Virus genome (UHGV): UHGV-0196292
Direction: 5' to 3' (one strand)
DNA: 44,047 nucleotides
Source of the DNA: a virus
Below the pieces are notes generated by a model, which saw only the letters and a list, made by a program, of their open reading frames with translations, made no database searches and was not told the origin of the DNA. Position numbers and translations under genes: made by a program. Below are positions 34,812 through 43,780 of this stretch, piece after piece; the stretch's first letter is position 1; every line of letters begins with the position of its first letter.

Positions 34812-35942
34812 ATGGCCCGGAAGAAAATAACCGACGAACAGTTACAGGAAGAATTGAACGCCGGAATGAAGAATATCGATATAGCCCGTAAATACGGCAT
34901 CTCAGACCGCGTTATTCGTATCCGTAAAGCGAAGCTGGCTAAGAAAGGCGTGGGCCACGGGCGCGACGTTAGCCACCTTGTCCCGGACGGCTACAAGATT
35001 AAAGGGACGTCGTCTCTGGTAGACGAGTTCGGCAACACTAAGTTGCAATGGGTTAAGACAGACACCGACGCTGAACGTCAGGTCGAGTTGATGAAAGCCG
35101 TGATTGAAGGCATGAAGTCAGAGATTACGCCAGTTGCGCCGGCTAAAGCGACTCGAGCCAAACGCGACGACAAGCTACTCAATCTTTACACGGTATCTGA
35201 TTTCCATCTCGGTATGCTTGCCTGGGCCGACGAGAGCGGCGACGACTGGGATATAAAGATTGCGGAAGACCTGTTCTCTCGTTGGTTCGACGCGGCGTTT
35301 CAGAAAGCACCGGATGCAGGAACAGGAGTTATTAACCTGCTGGGTGATTTCGCGCACTTCGATAGCCTGGATGCCGTTACCCCTGAGTCGCGCCATGTGT
35401 TAGACGCAGACACTCGCTACCAGAAACTTGTCCGCTACATGATTCGTATGGTCCGCCGTGTTGTTGATATGGCGCTGGTTAAACATAAAACCGTCCGCTT
35501 GCTTATCGTGCAAGGGAACCACGACCCTGTAGGGTCTGTATGGCTGGCGGAAATGTTCACGACTTTATACTCAAACGACAGCCGAGTGATTGTTGACACG
35601 TCGCCGGATGTTTACAAGATGGTGCAGCACGGCAAAACGACGCTGTTCTTCCATCACGGGCATAAAGCACGCTTCGACGCTATCGAACCGGTTATGATTG
35701 CCAAGTTCCGCAAAGCGTTCGGGGAGAGTGTCTATAGCTACGCCCACGTAGGCCACCTGCACCACCAGAAGATTGTAGAAAGCCGTAACATGATTGTTGA
35801 GCAACACCGCACCTTAGCGGCTAAAGACGCATACGCCTCCCGCGGCGGATGGATGTCAGGCCGCAGTGCAAATGTGATTACTTATAGCGCCGAATATGGC
35901 GAGGTCGCACGTTTAACCATTTCTCCGGAGATGCTGGGATGA
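34812..35942 (+). CDS. HTH-fused calcineurin-like metallophosphoesterase
   Basis: N-terminal HTH (DIARKYGISDRVIRIRKAKL); metallophosphatase motifs SDFHLG, GDFAHFD, GNHD, FHHGH, GHLHH. Confidence 0.7.
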   Translation: MARKKITDEQLQEELNAGMKNIDIARKYGISDRVIRIRKAKLAKKGVGHGRDVSHLVPDGYKIKGTSSLVDEFGNTKLQWVKTDTDAERQVELMKAVIEGMKSEITPVAPAKATRAKRDDKLLNLYTVSDFHLGMLAWADESGDDWDIKIAEDLFSRWFDAAFQKAPDAGTGVINLLGDFAHFDSLDAVTPESRHVLDADTRYQKLVRYMIRMVRRVVDMALVKHKTVRLLIVQGNHDPVGSVWLAEMFTTLYSNDSRVIVDTSPDVYKMVQHGKTTLFFHHGHKARFDAIEPVMIAKFRKAFGESVYSYAHVGHLHHQKIVESRNMIVEQHRTLAAKDAYASRGGWMSGRSANVITYSAEYGEVARLTISPEMLG

Positions 35943-36424
35943 AAGATATTGTAATTTTCGATTTAGATGGGACATTGGCGGATGGTACACATCGTTTACA
36001 CCTGCTGCCGAAAGATAACTACAACGAAACATGGGCGTGGAAGCCATTTAACATGGCGTGCAAAGATGATGAGCCAATTAGAGATAATATCGAACTATGT
36101 AACGCCCTTAATCGGCGATACGCCGTTATTATTTTAACCGGTCGCAGTGATGACGCAGAAAAAGAAACCAGAATGTGGTTGCAGCGCCACCGCGTCGAAT
36201 TTTATCAGCTAATCATGCGCAGCAAACACGACAACAGAAAAGACATCGTAATTAAAGAAGAGGTGTTGCGCGCTATCGGGCTGGAAAGAATCTTGTGTGC
36301 GTTCGATGATTCTCCGGCGGTAATTAAGCACTTCCGTGCCCTCGGCCTAACAACACACGCAGTCACCGAATATGACTGCAACGGGACCTCTACACACGTA
36401 AAACCACACGGGAGCGATAAATAA
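35939..36424 (+). CDS. HAD-family phosphatase (polynucleotide kinase 3'-phosphatase-like)
   Basis: HAD motif I FDLDGTL, then TGRSDD and FDDSP motifs; length and pattern resemble T4 PNK phosphatase domain. Confidence 0.6.
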   Translation: MKDIVIFDLDGTLADGTHRLHLLPKDNYNETWAWKPFNMACKDDEPIRDNIELCNALNRRYAVIILTGRSDDAEKETRMWLQRHRVEFYQLIMRSKHDNRKDIVIKEEVLRAIGLERILCAFDDSPAVIKHFRALGLTTHAVTEYDCNGTSTHVKPHGSDK

Positions 36425-36978
36425 TGGCTAAGGTAATTATTCTTAATGGCCCGGCGGGTTGTGGGAAAGACACACTCGCTATGGCGCTGGTAGAAATGGG
36501 CTTTGCGAAGGGAACCGCCAGTTTCAAGAATCCAATGTTCAATATTGCTTTGGCAGCGTTGGGCCCGGATGCTTACCGCGAATTTCTCGACGGCTACGAC
36601 GACCGGGCGCGGAAAGAAAGGCCAGAGGGTTTCCTTAATGGGCTGTCTCGCCGCCAGTTCATGATTGCCATTTCTGAGCAATTCATTAAACCAGTATTCG
36701 GCGATGATTATTTCGGTAAGTATCTTGCAGGAAACTTGCCCGACGGCGACGAAGTTTTTGTAGTGTCCGACGGTGGGTTCGCCAGCGAAGTAGCCCCTAT
36801 CGTCGCCGCAGGTCATGATGTAAGAATCGTTCGCTTGCACCGAGACGGCTATACGTTTGACGGGGATAGCCGCGGTTACCTGTACGATGTTGGTGGTGAT
36901 GAAGATTATGATGTATACATCATACCCGGTGACGTTAAATCTAACGTTATAGACATTGCTCTAAAATTAGGCTTGTAA
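36424..36978 (+). CDS. P-loop nucleotide kinase (dNMP kinase / polynucleotide kinase-like)
   Basis: Walker A GPAGCGKDT (xGKDT as in T4 dNMP kinase); ATGG overlap with preceding gene. Confidence 0.6.
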   Translation: MAKVIILNGPAGCGKDTLAMALVEMGFAKGTASFKNPMFNIALAALGPDAYREFLDGYDDRARKERPEGFLNGLSRRQFMIAISEQFIKPVFGDDYFGKYLAGNLPDGDEVFVVSDGGFASEVAPIVAAGHDVRIVRLHRDGYTFDGDSRGYLYDVGGDEDYDVYIIPGDVKSNVIDIALKLGL

Positions 36979-36980
36979 GA

Positions 36981-37012
36981 AAAAGGCCCCGGAAGGGGCC
37001 TTAGTTTTATGC
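36981..37012. terminator. bidirectional terminator between accessory cassette and major tail gene
   Basis: AAAAAGGCCCCGG-aa-GGGGCCTT with T-runs on both strands. Confidence 0.6.
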
Positions 37013-38179
37013 GTAGGTGATACGTTGAATTACGATGGACGACTGGTACTGATTGCCTGTGGACTGCCCTTCTATACTTTGGGTAATTGATTCCGGGCCA
37101 GATATTTCTGGTGTGACCGCCGTGAGTTCTGCACGTTTCAAACTGAAAGACATAGCCCCGTTTACCCCGGCCAGAATAGAGTTAATCTCTACCTGCTGTT
37201 CGTTGATAAACTTCTGAATCATCGCCATGTCGTACAGCTTACCGGAGATAGAGAAGGTGTTAGCTGCGCGGCCGCGTTCCACGAACGCAACGCTACTGTT
37301 GCCGAGTTCGAACTGTGCGGACGCGCTGTTATCGTTGGTGATGGTCAGGCTATCACAACGCAACGGCGTAGAACCGTCGAACACAGAAACGTCAACCGAG
37401 GAGAACGGCTCATCACCAAACGTAACAGAGGAGAAATCAGAACCAGACGGCGGCTCAGTGAGAATCTCCTGGGTCCGCCCGATAAACGGGAAGCTGCCGG
37501 TTACCATCGCATTAACAGCCTGCTCGACAGTGAAACCAGAAACTTCCACACCTTTGGTCAGCGTGTACGCGTCAGTCCCGCCACATTGGCCTTTGTACCA
37601 GGTGAGAATAGAGAACGTCTTACACTGGCTACCGGTTTCCAGTTTGTCGCCGGTCTTAGCCGCGGTAGTGGCTGTCTCTGTGGTCAGAGTATGTTGGATA
37701 CCAGCCCCGGTTACTACCAGTGCCGTTACCGCAGTGACGATAAACGGTTTAGCGTTATCACCCGTTAAGTCAGTAAAAGCAATCAGGTCGCCTACTTCCA
37801 CACCGTCAGTAATAAAGCTGCCATCAGCACGGGTGAACGTCTTGCCCGCCGGTGCGACGGTAATCGACAGACTGGACAGGGAGACACCGGATTGCCACGT
37901 AGAGCCTAAAGCCCCGGCTAACCAGTCATCCTGGCTTTTCGAACTAAGCTCGATAGCATATTCTCCGCTAACCTGCTTGTTACCGGTGCGGATGGATGTA
38001 GTTTCGCGGCTGCCGTCCAGTTCGTTGGAGGTCAGCGTGTCGCGGGTAATAGCAGGAACACCGCCTGTGTTGCGCAACGGCGACCATACCGGGTTAGTTG
38101 GTGTTACGCCCGGGGTGACTTCCGCCACATAGAATTGCGCGGTAGTCGCGCCCTTAAAAGGAGTTGTAGCCATATTCAC
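37007..38179 (-). CDS. major tail protein
   Basis: 390 aa Thr/Ser/Gly-rich beta-type protein after tail terminator-like gene, upstream of chaperone/tape measure module. Confidence 0.6.
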   Translation of the reverse strand: MNMATTPFKGATTAQFYVAEVTPGVTPTNPVWSPLRNTGGVPAITRDTLTSNELDGSRETTSIRTGNKQVSGEYAIELSSKSQDDWLAGALGSTWQSGVSLSSLSITVAPAGKTFTRADGSFITDGVEVGDLIAFTDLTGDNAKPFIVTAVTALVVTGAGIQHTLTTETATTAAKTGDKLETGSQCKTFSILTWYKGQCGGTDAYTLTKGVEVSGFTVEQAVNAMVTGSFPFIGRTQEILTEPPSGSDFSSVTFGDEPFSSVDVSVFDGSTPLRCDSLTITNDNSASAQFELGNSSVAFVERGRAANTFSISGKLYDMAMIQKFINEQQVEINSILAGVNGAMSFSLKRAELTAVTPEISGPESITQSIEGQSTGNQYQSSIVIQRITYA

Positions 38180-38589
38180 AGCCTCTTGGTGAATGCAATA
38201 AAGTTAATTGACAATGGTCGTTTGGCCCATCCGTTTTCTACAATCAGCGGCCCCAGGCTAACCGATTGAACCTCGGCGCAGATGTCGTTACGTGAAAATG
38301 ACTTACCTGCTTTAAACGCCGTGTTGAGTAAGTCTGCCATTTTATTGATTGGCGCGCTACCTTTCACCGATGCGTAGTTAATGTCGACCTGATAAACACC
38401 TGAGCGTTGCTCGGTGAAGAATAGGTCAGCCTGTTCCGTATCCGCAAGTAGCATGTAACTTGCCAGATACGGTGTATCGGTAGAAGTCGGCGCGTCAATG
38501 TTTTCAAGCGCAACCTTGATGCCGTTGGCGGCTCCGAAGGCTACCAGCGGCACATCAAACGCTTTGGTTAAGTCCTCAAAGTAGCCCAT
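38176..38589 (-). CDS. tail terminator / tail completion protein (putative)
   Basis: 137 aa ORF immediately upstream of major tail gene. Confidence 0.4.
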   Translation of the reverse strand: MGYFEDLTKAFDVPLVAFGAANGIKVALENIDAPTSTDTPYLASYMLLADTEQADLFFTEQRSGVYQVDINYASVKGSAPINKMADLLNTAFKAGKSFSRNDICAEVQSVSLGPLIVENGWAKRPLSINFIAFTKRL

Positions 38590-38984
38590 TATTTCACCTT
38601 GTTGGCTTCTTCATTAATGAGTTGCTGGAAGCGGGACACGTTAGTCCTAACCATCCCGGCTGGGGCCTGTTGCGACCAGCCATACTCCAGCCGTTGAGCA
38701 TACGGCAGATTGTTTGTCAGCGTGAACTCGCGCCAGTCGGTGGCTTTCAGCACGAAACTTGTAGCGTTTCCGGTTGCCGTGTTTCCTGATTTATCCGTAG
38801 CGTCTGTAGTTCCGATAGCAGGAATACCGCCGGACGCCATCCAGTTCATACGAAAGCGGCCCGTATCTACCGGACTCGCCTTTATGATAGCGGAAAACAG
38901 CTTGATAGACACCTGACGCATAACCTTCTCAGGGTTCTTCTTCGCCTTTTCTACGAACTTAGAGACATCAAGCGCGAAACTCAT
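38589..38984 (-). CDS. head-tail joining protein (putative)
   Basis: 131 aa ORF in connector gene cluster. Confidence 0.4.
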   Translation of the reverse strand: MSFALDVSKFVEKAKKNPEKVMRQVSIKLFSAIIKASPVDTGRFRMNWMASGGIPAIGTTDATDKSGNTATGNATSFVLKATDWREFTLTNNLPYAQRLEYGWSQQAPAGMVRTNVSRFQQLINEEANKVK

Positions 38985-39394
38985 TTTCTCACCTGAATAA
39001 AATACGCCACGACATCATCGTTAACCATCTTCTTCTCGATAGCTACGACAGACCATTGCTCGCCGCCGAATTGCACCTTGTCTTCCATTTTCGGGACGAC
39101 GCTGTAATCGGATTTAACAATCATGTCACCCGCCTGAATCGTCGTACCGTTCACCACTCCGGCGTTTACCGGAACCGGAACCGCCTTCAACGGCAACACT
39201 TCATCCGCTGACCATACGTACTCACCGAGAACTTCATCCCATACTTTCGAGCCCGCGCGAACCAGAGATACCGTGCTACCGAATTTGGTTAGCAGGCGTG
39301 TACCCACGCCTTGCATACGCTTACTAAAGGCGGTGCTCATTACGCAGCCTCCAGTCTTGAAATAACCAGTAATGCGGATGGTGCCGTGCCCCAT
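38981..39394 (-). CDS. head closure / head-tail adaptor protein (putative)
   Basis: Position in connector cluster; probable start at internal Met (MSTAFSKRMQ). Confidence 0.4.
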   Translation of the reverse strand: MGHGTIRITGYFKTGGCVMSTAFSKRMQGVGTRLLTKFGSTVSLVRAGSKVWDEVLGEYVWSADEVLPLKAVPVPVNAGVVNGTTIQAGDMIVKSDYSVVPKMEDKVQFGGEQWSVVAIEKKMVNDDVVAYFIQVRK

Positions 39395-39954
39395 GCGGTT
39401 ACGGTAGCCGCTTGTGGGTATACACCACCGAAGTCACTCCCGGCGCTATCCCGCATAATCTGAACGGCAAACGTCTGGCCTGCTGTTGCGTTAATAACGA
39501 CGCGGGATTCAATCGGAATTGTTACATCGGCGTTTACCAGTTTTGTAGCTGCAGGCGAACCGTACTGAGCGCCGTTTACCAGAATGCGTGATAACAAAAT
39601 AGACGTGCCGCTTGCCCCAGTGCGCCCGGCCTGTAACTTGATGCGAACGGCGTAGTTACCTGCAGTGTTGAACGTAACCAGCCCCGCAGCATTAATCATT
39701 ACAGGGTCAGATGAGCCCCCCTGAGCAGAGCCAAAAGTTAACTGCAACGCCGTGTCCACTGCGGTAGGCGCTTGTGCCGCGGTCGACGCGGCGCGGAGAA
39801 CTTCAACCTCTTTAACACCGGGAGTGGCGTAAATAGGTGAGTCCGCCATCTGCGTCATTACCTCGCGTAGCTTCGCGGGTGTAATAGCTCCGGTGGTGTT
39901 ATCCGGAAGATTCGCACCGATAAGGGTAAACATCTCTGTTTTAGTCTTCGCCAT
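39340..39954 (-). CDS. structural protein (putative)
   Basis: 204 aa Ala/Thr/Gly-rich ORF in morphogenesis operon. Confidence 0.35.
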   Translation of the reverse strand: MAKTKTEMFTLIGANLPDNTTGAITPAKLREVMTQMADSPIYATPGVKEVEVLRAASTAAQAPTAVDTALQLTFGSAQGGSSDPVMINAAGLVTFNTAGNYAVRIKLQAGRTGASGTSILLSRILVNGAQYGSPAATKLVNADVTIPIESRVVINATAGQTFAVQIMRDSAGSDFGGVYPQAATVTAWGTAPSALLVISRLEAA

Positions 39955-39956
39955 TT

Positions 39957-40469
39957 CTAGCCCCGGTACACGTTAAACGAGAAGCCATTGTTAAGACCAC
40001 CGCACAGCAACGGGCGCAAGGCGTCATCGGCTGCGGTGATTGATGTAGTAGCGCCAGAGCTGCCGTTGTTGAAGTAGGTCACGGTCACTGCACCTTCTAC
40101 GCGCTCGGTCTGCACAGAGCGACCGTCTGAGTTAGCTCGTACCTCGGTACCCGCACCATACGTGGCGGACGCGATTACCTGCGCAAGAATTACCTGCTTC
40201 GGAATGGCATTGTTCGCTACAGGGAACCCGTTTAGCGTTACGCCAGTGCGCGGGTACGCAAGAGACTGTTCGGCGGATACACGGCGACCGCACATCTGCG
40301 GTTCCGCAAGCCCGGCATAAGTAGCGCCGTTGCGCAAGGCCACCTCTGCTGCGGTATCGTCTTCCGGCAGCTCAAGGCCATAATTAGCCGCTAACGCGCG
40401 GGCGTCAGCCAGGCTAACGTAACTGTCAGCGCCGGGTACTATTGACCCATCTTCCACGATTAGCGGCAT
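39957..40469 (-). CDS. head-tail connector protein (putative)
   Basis: 170 aa ORF, operon position. Confidence 0.4.
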   Translation of the reverse strand: MPLIVEDGSIVPGADSYVSLADARALAANYGLELPEDDTAAEVALRNGATYAGLAEPQMCGRRVSAEQSLAYPRTGVTLNGFPVANNAIPKQVILAQVIASATYGAGTEVRANSDGRSVQTERVEGAVTVTYFNNGSSGATTSITAADDALRPLLCGGLNNGFSFNVYRG

Positions 40470-40472
40470 AAA

Positions 40473-40652
40473 TTATTCCTCTGACTTACGGCGACGACGC
40501 TTAGTGCCACCGCCGTTGTTGTGCGCTTCTTCGTTGTCCGGTTGCGTCGCAACCAGTTCATCCGCTTCTACAACACCGCGAACTGGCATCGCCTGACCGT
40601 CAACAATATCAACGTGGGTGTACTTTTCGCGGATTACGTAATTATCTGCCAT
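40473..40652 (-). CDS. small protein with basic C-terminus (59 aa)
   Basis: Hand translation MADNYVIREKYTHVDIVDGQAMPVRG...TKRRRRKSEE; below ORF-track cutoff. Confidence 0.3.
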   Translation of the reverse strand: MADNYVIREKYTHVDIVDGQAMPVRGVVEADELVATQPDNEEAHNNGGGTKRRRRKSEE

Positions 40653-40688
40653 GACATTTCCTTATTACGGCCCCGAAGGGCCGTTGTA

Positions 40689-41030
40689 TTAAGACACAGT
40701 TGCTACGGTGCTGCTGGAGATAATATTACCATACACATCGTGAACAACCACTTTATACGTGCCGGAATCGGCGGTAGTGGTTGACGCCTTCGCATAGGTA
40801 GCTGCGGTAGCCCCGGCGATGGCGTTGTTGTTCTTGAACCACTGGTAAGAATACGGCTCCAGACCGCCCGTTACGGTTACGGTCAGTGTCATGGTTTCAC
40901 CTGCGGTAACGGAGGTAGTAGCCGCCAGCGCGGAAGAGAAAGACGCTGGCGAGATATTTGCCATATCGATTTTAGCACCCACGGTATCGGCGGACACACC
41001 GGTAATACGACGTTTAATTACATCAACCAT
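40689..41030 (-). CDS. Ig-like domain protein (capsid decoration candidate)
   Basis: Ig/Big-like signature (TLTVTVTGGLEPYSYQWFKNNNAIAGAT) downstream of major capsid gene. Confidence 0.5.
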   Translation of the reverse strand: MVDVIKRRITGVSADTVGAKIDMANISPASFSSALAATTSVTAGETMTLTVTVTGGLEPYSYQWFKNNNAIAGATAATYAKASTTTADSGTYKVVVHDVYGNIISSSTVATVS

Positions 41031-41042
41031 TTTTAAGCTCCT

Positions 41043-41342
41043 TTAGCTTACGGTTCCTGCGTTTTTAAGCGCAGTCAACAGATTTGCTACGGTAGTGCGC
41101 AGCGCGGTAACATCAGTTCGGAGTTTGTTGTACTCCGCTACAAGAGCATCGAACTCGGTCTTAGTTGGAGCATCAGCGGACTGCACCCCCGCACCAGCGG
41201 TAATGGCCTCAGGCGCTGCTACAGTAGCTGACTTTTTAACGCCACCAATTACGCTGGTAGTAGCAGGCGTCACTGGGATATCAAAGTCGCCGAAATCGAC
41301 ATTCTGAAGGCTGCGCGGCAAGCCTTTTCCGGTCTTAGCCAT
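41043..41342 (-). CDS. hypothetical structural protein
   Basis: 99 aa ORF between major capsid and Ig-like genes. Confidence 0.35.
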   Translation of the reverse strand: MAKTGKGLPRSLQNVDFGDFDIPVTPATTSVIGGVKKSATVAAPEAITAGAGVQSADAPTKTEFDALVAEYNKLRTDVTALRTTVANLLTALKNAGTVS

Positions 41343-41354
41343 AATTTACCTCTT

Positions 41355-41385
41355 AGTAAATGAAAAGAGGGACCGAAGTCCCTCT
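41355..41385 (-). terminator. terminator/attenuator downstream of major capsid gene
   Basis: 8-bp stem AGAGGGAC-cgaa-GTCCCTCT followed by T-rich tract on minus strand. Confidence 0.5.
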
Positions 41386-41401
41386 CGATTATATCTTAAC
41401 C

Positions 41402-42451
41402 TTAAGCCCCGACACCAGTTACCAGGAAGGCAATCGGTACGTGCTTACGGTCAACCACACGGTTCCAGTTGGAGGCGTTCGCCAGGTCCTGCCAGGAGGC
41501 AGAACGTGCGGCAGTCTCGGTTCCGTTGCCGGTGATTACCGCGCTGGTGAAGCTGTAGCCCAGTGGGTGCAGCAACCAGGTCTTACGGGTCCACAGGGTT
41601 TCGACGCCGCCGCCGTTACCACGGGATGCTTCGCGCTCATATTCCAGCGGGTTAGACGGGGAACCTTCACCGTAACCGATAGCACCGTTGCCGAAGATGA
41701 TGGAGATGAACTTACGGCTGCCGCCAGTACCAACTACAGTCATGCTGTCATCAACAATCACACGGTAGCCCTGGTAGGTGGCGAACAAGGTGTCGTTGTC
41801 CGCATCTTTGATGTAGTCAATAAGCTGCTGCTTACGTGCCTGCGCATAAACGAAGCTGTGCATAGCAATAGCGCCCAGCACTTCACCGCCGTTGCCCATC
41901 AGCGCATCGCCCATAGTCTGGGTAGCGTCGATGAACGCGCCGGGATCGAAGCCCAGAGTAGCGGACACGTCGATTACCATGTCGTTCTGCTCGTGGTATT
42001 CGTCGGTAGCGGCTACGTTGTCGTTGTACAGACCGAGCGCGGTAGCAATCAGACGGCGTTGTGCCTGTCGCTGCCAGAAGTTATCCAGACGGGCCGCTAC
42101 GGATCTCAGAGGGTCTTGGCGGGTAAGTTCAACAGTCAGGTCAGCCTGACCGAAACCTTCGTTCAGGTACGCAACGCGGGCCATCATCTCACCAGTCTGC
42201 ACATTACGCGGGGTTGCGATATCCTGATACACATCGTTCGAGTAGTTCGGCTCGATAGACGTATCAATCGCTTTCCAGAAAGGGATGTTGGCGATGTTAG
42301 ATGGACCGCGGGCAATCTCGGCAGCGTATGGAGTCTGGGTAAGGATACCGGACTGGAAGAACGCAGTTTTTTCCACCGGGTCTTCTGTCATGTAAGACAG
42401 AATTACCGATTCTTTACCAGTTACGATATCGCCAATAGTAGTAATTGCCAT
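41402..42451 (-). CDS. major capsid protein
   Basis: 349 aa ORF downstream of scaffold-like gene, followed by strong terminator; the long antisense ORF 41360-43015 is rejected. Confidence 0.75.
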   Translation of the reverse strand: MAITTIGDIVTGKESVILSYMTEDPVEKTAFFQSGILTQTPYAAEIARGPSNIANIPFWKAIDTSIEPNYSNDVYQDIATPRNVQTGEMMARVAYLNEGFGQADLTVELTRQDPLRSVAARLDNFWQRQAQRRLIATALGLYNDNVAATDEYHEQNDMVIDVSATLGFDPGAFIDATQTMGDALMGNGGEVLGAIAMHSFVYAQARKQQLIDYIKDADNDTLFATYQGYRVIVDDSMTVVGTGGSRKFISIIFGNGAIGYGEGSPSNPLEYEREASRGNGGGVETLWTRKTWLLHPLGYSFTSAVITGNGTETAARSASWQDLANASNWNRVVDRKHVPIAFLVTGVGA

Positions 42452-43209
42452 TATTTTTTCCTCAGGGCTTTAAGTTGCCGTTCAAATTCGGCAGGGTTCG
42501 ATTCGTACAGAGCGATACGCTCCGCTTCACTCATGTCTTTAAACGCTGGTGCGGCCCCGCCGCCTTTGCTACCGGAAGCCCCGCCGCCGGAAGCTGCATT
42601 TGCTTTAATCAAATGCGAAAACGCTTTGTGTTCACGCAGATATTTGCGGAACTGTTCCGGGTCAGTCGTGATTACGTTGCCGTCTGCACCAACAAACTTA
42701 GTAACCACATCATCGCCTTCGAACTCAGTCTTAACGAACGGTGCAAGAATGTCCACTGCTTCCGGGGTGATGAAGTCACCCGCGAAAGAGCCTAACACTG
42801 CCTTACGTTCGCTGCCGAGGATGCGCTCTGCCATTTTAGAGATGCGGCCGTCTTTCTCGGCTAACACCGGGTCATACTGGCTACGAATCGTTTTTTCGAA
42901 CTCGTCCATCTTACCAGCAGCTTTTAACGCCTCCTGGTGTGCGCGCTGCCGTTCTTCTTCGGCCTCTTTTGCTTTACGGGCGGCTTCTTTCTTCTCCGCC
43001 AGCAATGCTTCCTGATTGGCCTTAAGCCCGGCTACTTCTTTCTCAATAAGCGCCTGAACTTCTTCGGCAGTGAACATTTTCAGCGCGTCACCGCCACCAG
43101 CTTTATCTTCTGCCCCAGCTTCTTCCTGGAACGGATAACGTAAAAAACGATTCATAGTCAGTATGTCCCCTGGACGTTGGAACCCGGGCCACCCGGATTT
43201 ACATGTCAA
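42451..43209 (-). CDS. scaffolding protein (putative)
   Basis: Acidic, Ala/Lys/Glu-rich coiled-coil protein immediately upstream of capsid gene; start probably internal (MNRFL). Confidence 0.55.
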   Translation of the reverse strand: MTCKSGWPGFQRPGDILTMNRFLRYPFQEEAGAEDKAGGGDALKMFTAEEVQALIEKEVAGLKANQEALLAEKKEAARKAKEAEEERQRAHQEALKAAGKMDEFEKTIRSQYDPVLAEKDGRISKMAERILGSERKAVLGSFAGDFITPEAVDILAPFVKTEFEGDDVVTKFVGADGNVITTDPEQFRKYLREHKAFSHLIKANAASGGGASGSKGGGAAPAFKDMSEAERIALYESNPAEFERQLKALRKK

Positions 43210-43237
43210 GAATAAATTATTCCAACATGCAAGGCAA

Positions 43238-43501
43238 CTATTCCAGAATATTCCTCACGTAATCCTGCAACATGAACACTTTCAGCCTCAGTTGCCGTAC
43301 ACATTCGGCGTTCTGAACGTCGATAGCTAAATCCTCGTCCGCGTCTCTACTTGGCTGCGCCAGTTTGCAAGGCGGCTGCATCATCGTCGTATCCGGGGAT
43401 GGAATTGGCGTTTGCGACGGCGCGGGACTTGAGCAGGACGCGAGCATCGTCGAAAGTGCACACGCTGCGACCAGGCGTTTTAATATACTTAACGACTTCA
43501 C
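43238..43501 (-). CDS. o-spanin (Rz1-like lipoprotein), overlapped with Rz-like gene
   Basis: Signal peptide with lipobox (MLASC), Pro-rich mature region; ORF begins inside the Rz-like ORF in another frame. Confidence 0.6.
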   Translation of the reverse strand: MKSLSILKRLVAACALSTMLASCSSPAPSQTPIPSPDTTMMQPPCKLAQPSRDADEDLAIDVQNAECVRQLRLKVFMLQDYVRNILE

Positions 43502-43733
43502 GGGTAATCACCTCTGATTTCGTCTTACCTTCGTTGTCAGCGGCTGCGGCCTTTGATTCGTCCTGCTGCTGCCGTTGTGCTTTCTTCGCTAACTCAGTCT
43601 GTGCTTTCTGTTGTTGCTGAGAAACGAGATTCGCCCGACCTTCGTTCCAGCCGCTGCGGTATTGAAAGTAGCCGTGTGCGTATAACAGGATGATGAAACA
43701 TGCCCCCGCTACGACAGTTGCTTTAAGATTCAT
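43347..43733 (-). CDS. i-spanin (Rz-like)
   Basis: N-terminal transmembrane helix, Gln/Ala/Lys-rich coiled coil, overlapping lipoprotein ORF. Confidence 0.6.
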   Translation of the reverse strand: MNLKATVVAGACFIILLYAHGYFQYRSGWNEGRANLVSQQQQKAQTELAKKAQRQQQDESKAAAADNEGKTKSEVITREVVKYIKTPGRSVCTFDDARVLLKSRAVANANSIPGYDDDAAALQTGAAK

Positions 43734-43744
43734 GTTTCTCCTTT

Positions 43745-43780
43745 CTAGATAAGTAAAGCCCCGCCGTAAAGCGGGGCGCT
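43745..43780 (-). terminator. hairpin terminator upstream of spanin genes
   Basis: AGCCCCGC-cgtaaa-GCGGGGC hairpin with T-rich flank on minus strand. Confidence 0.45.

Noticed and set aside
41360-43015. 551-aa plus-strand ORF
   Set aside because: Antisense to the major capsid and scaffold genes, with low-complexity Arg/Ser/Gly-rich translation and no RBS; the minus-strand genes fit operon order and have capsid-like sequence.
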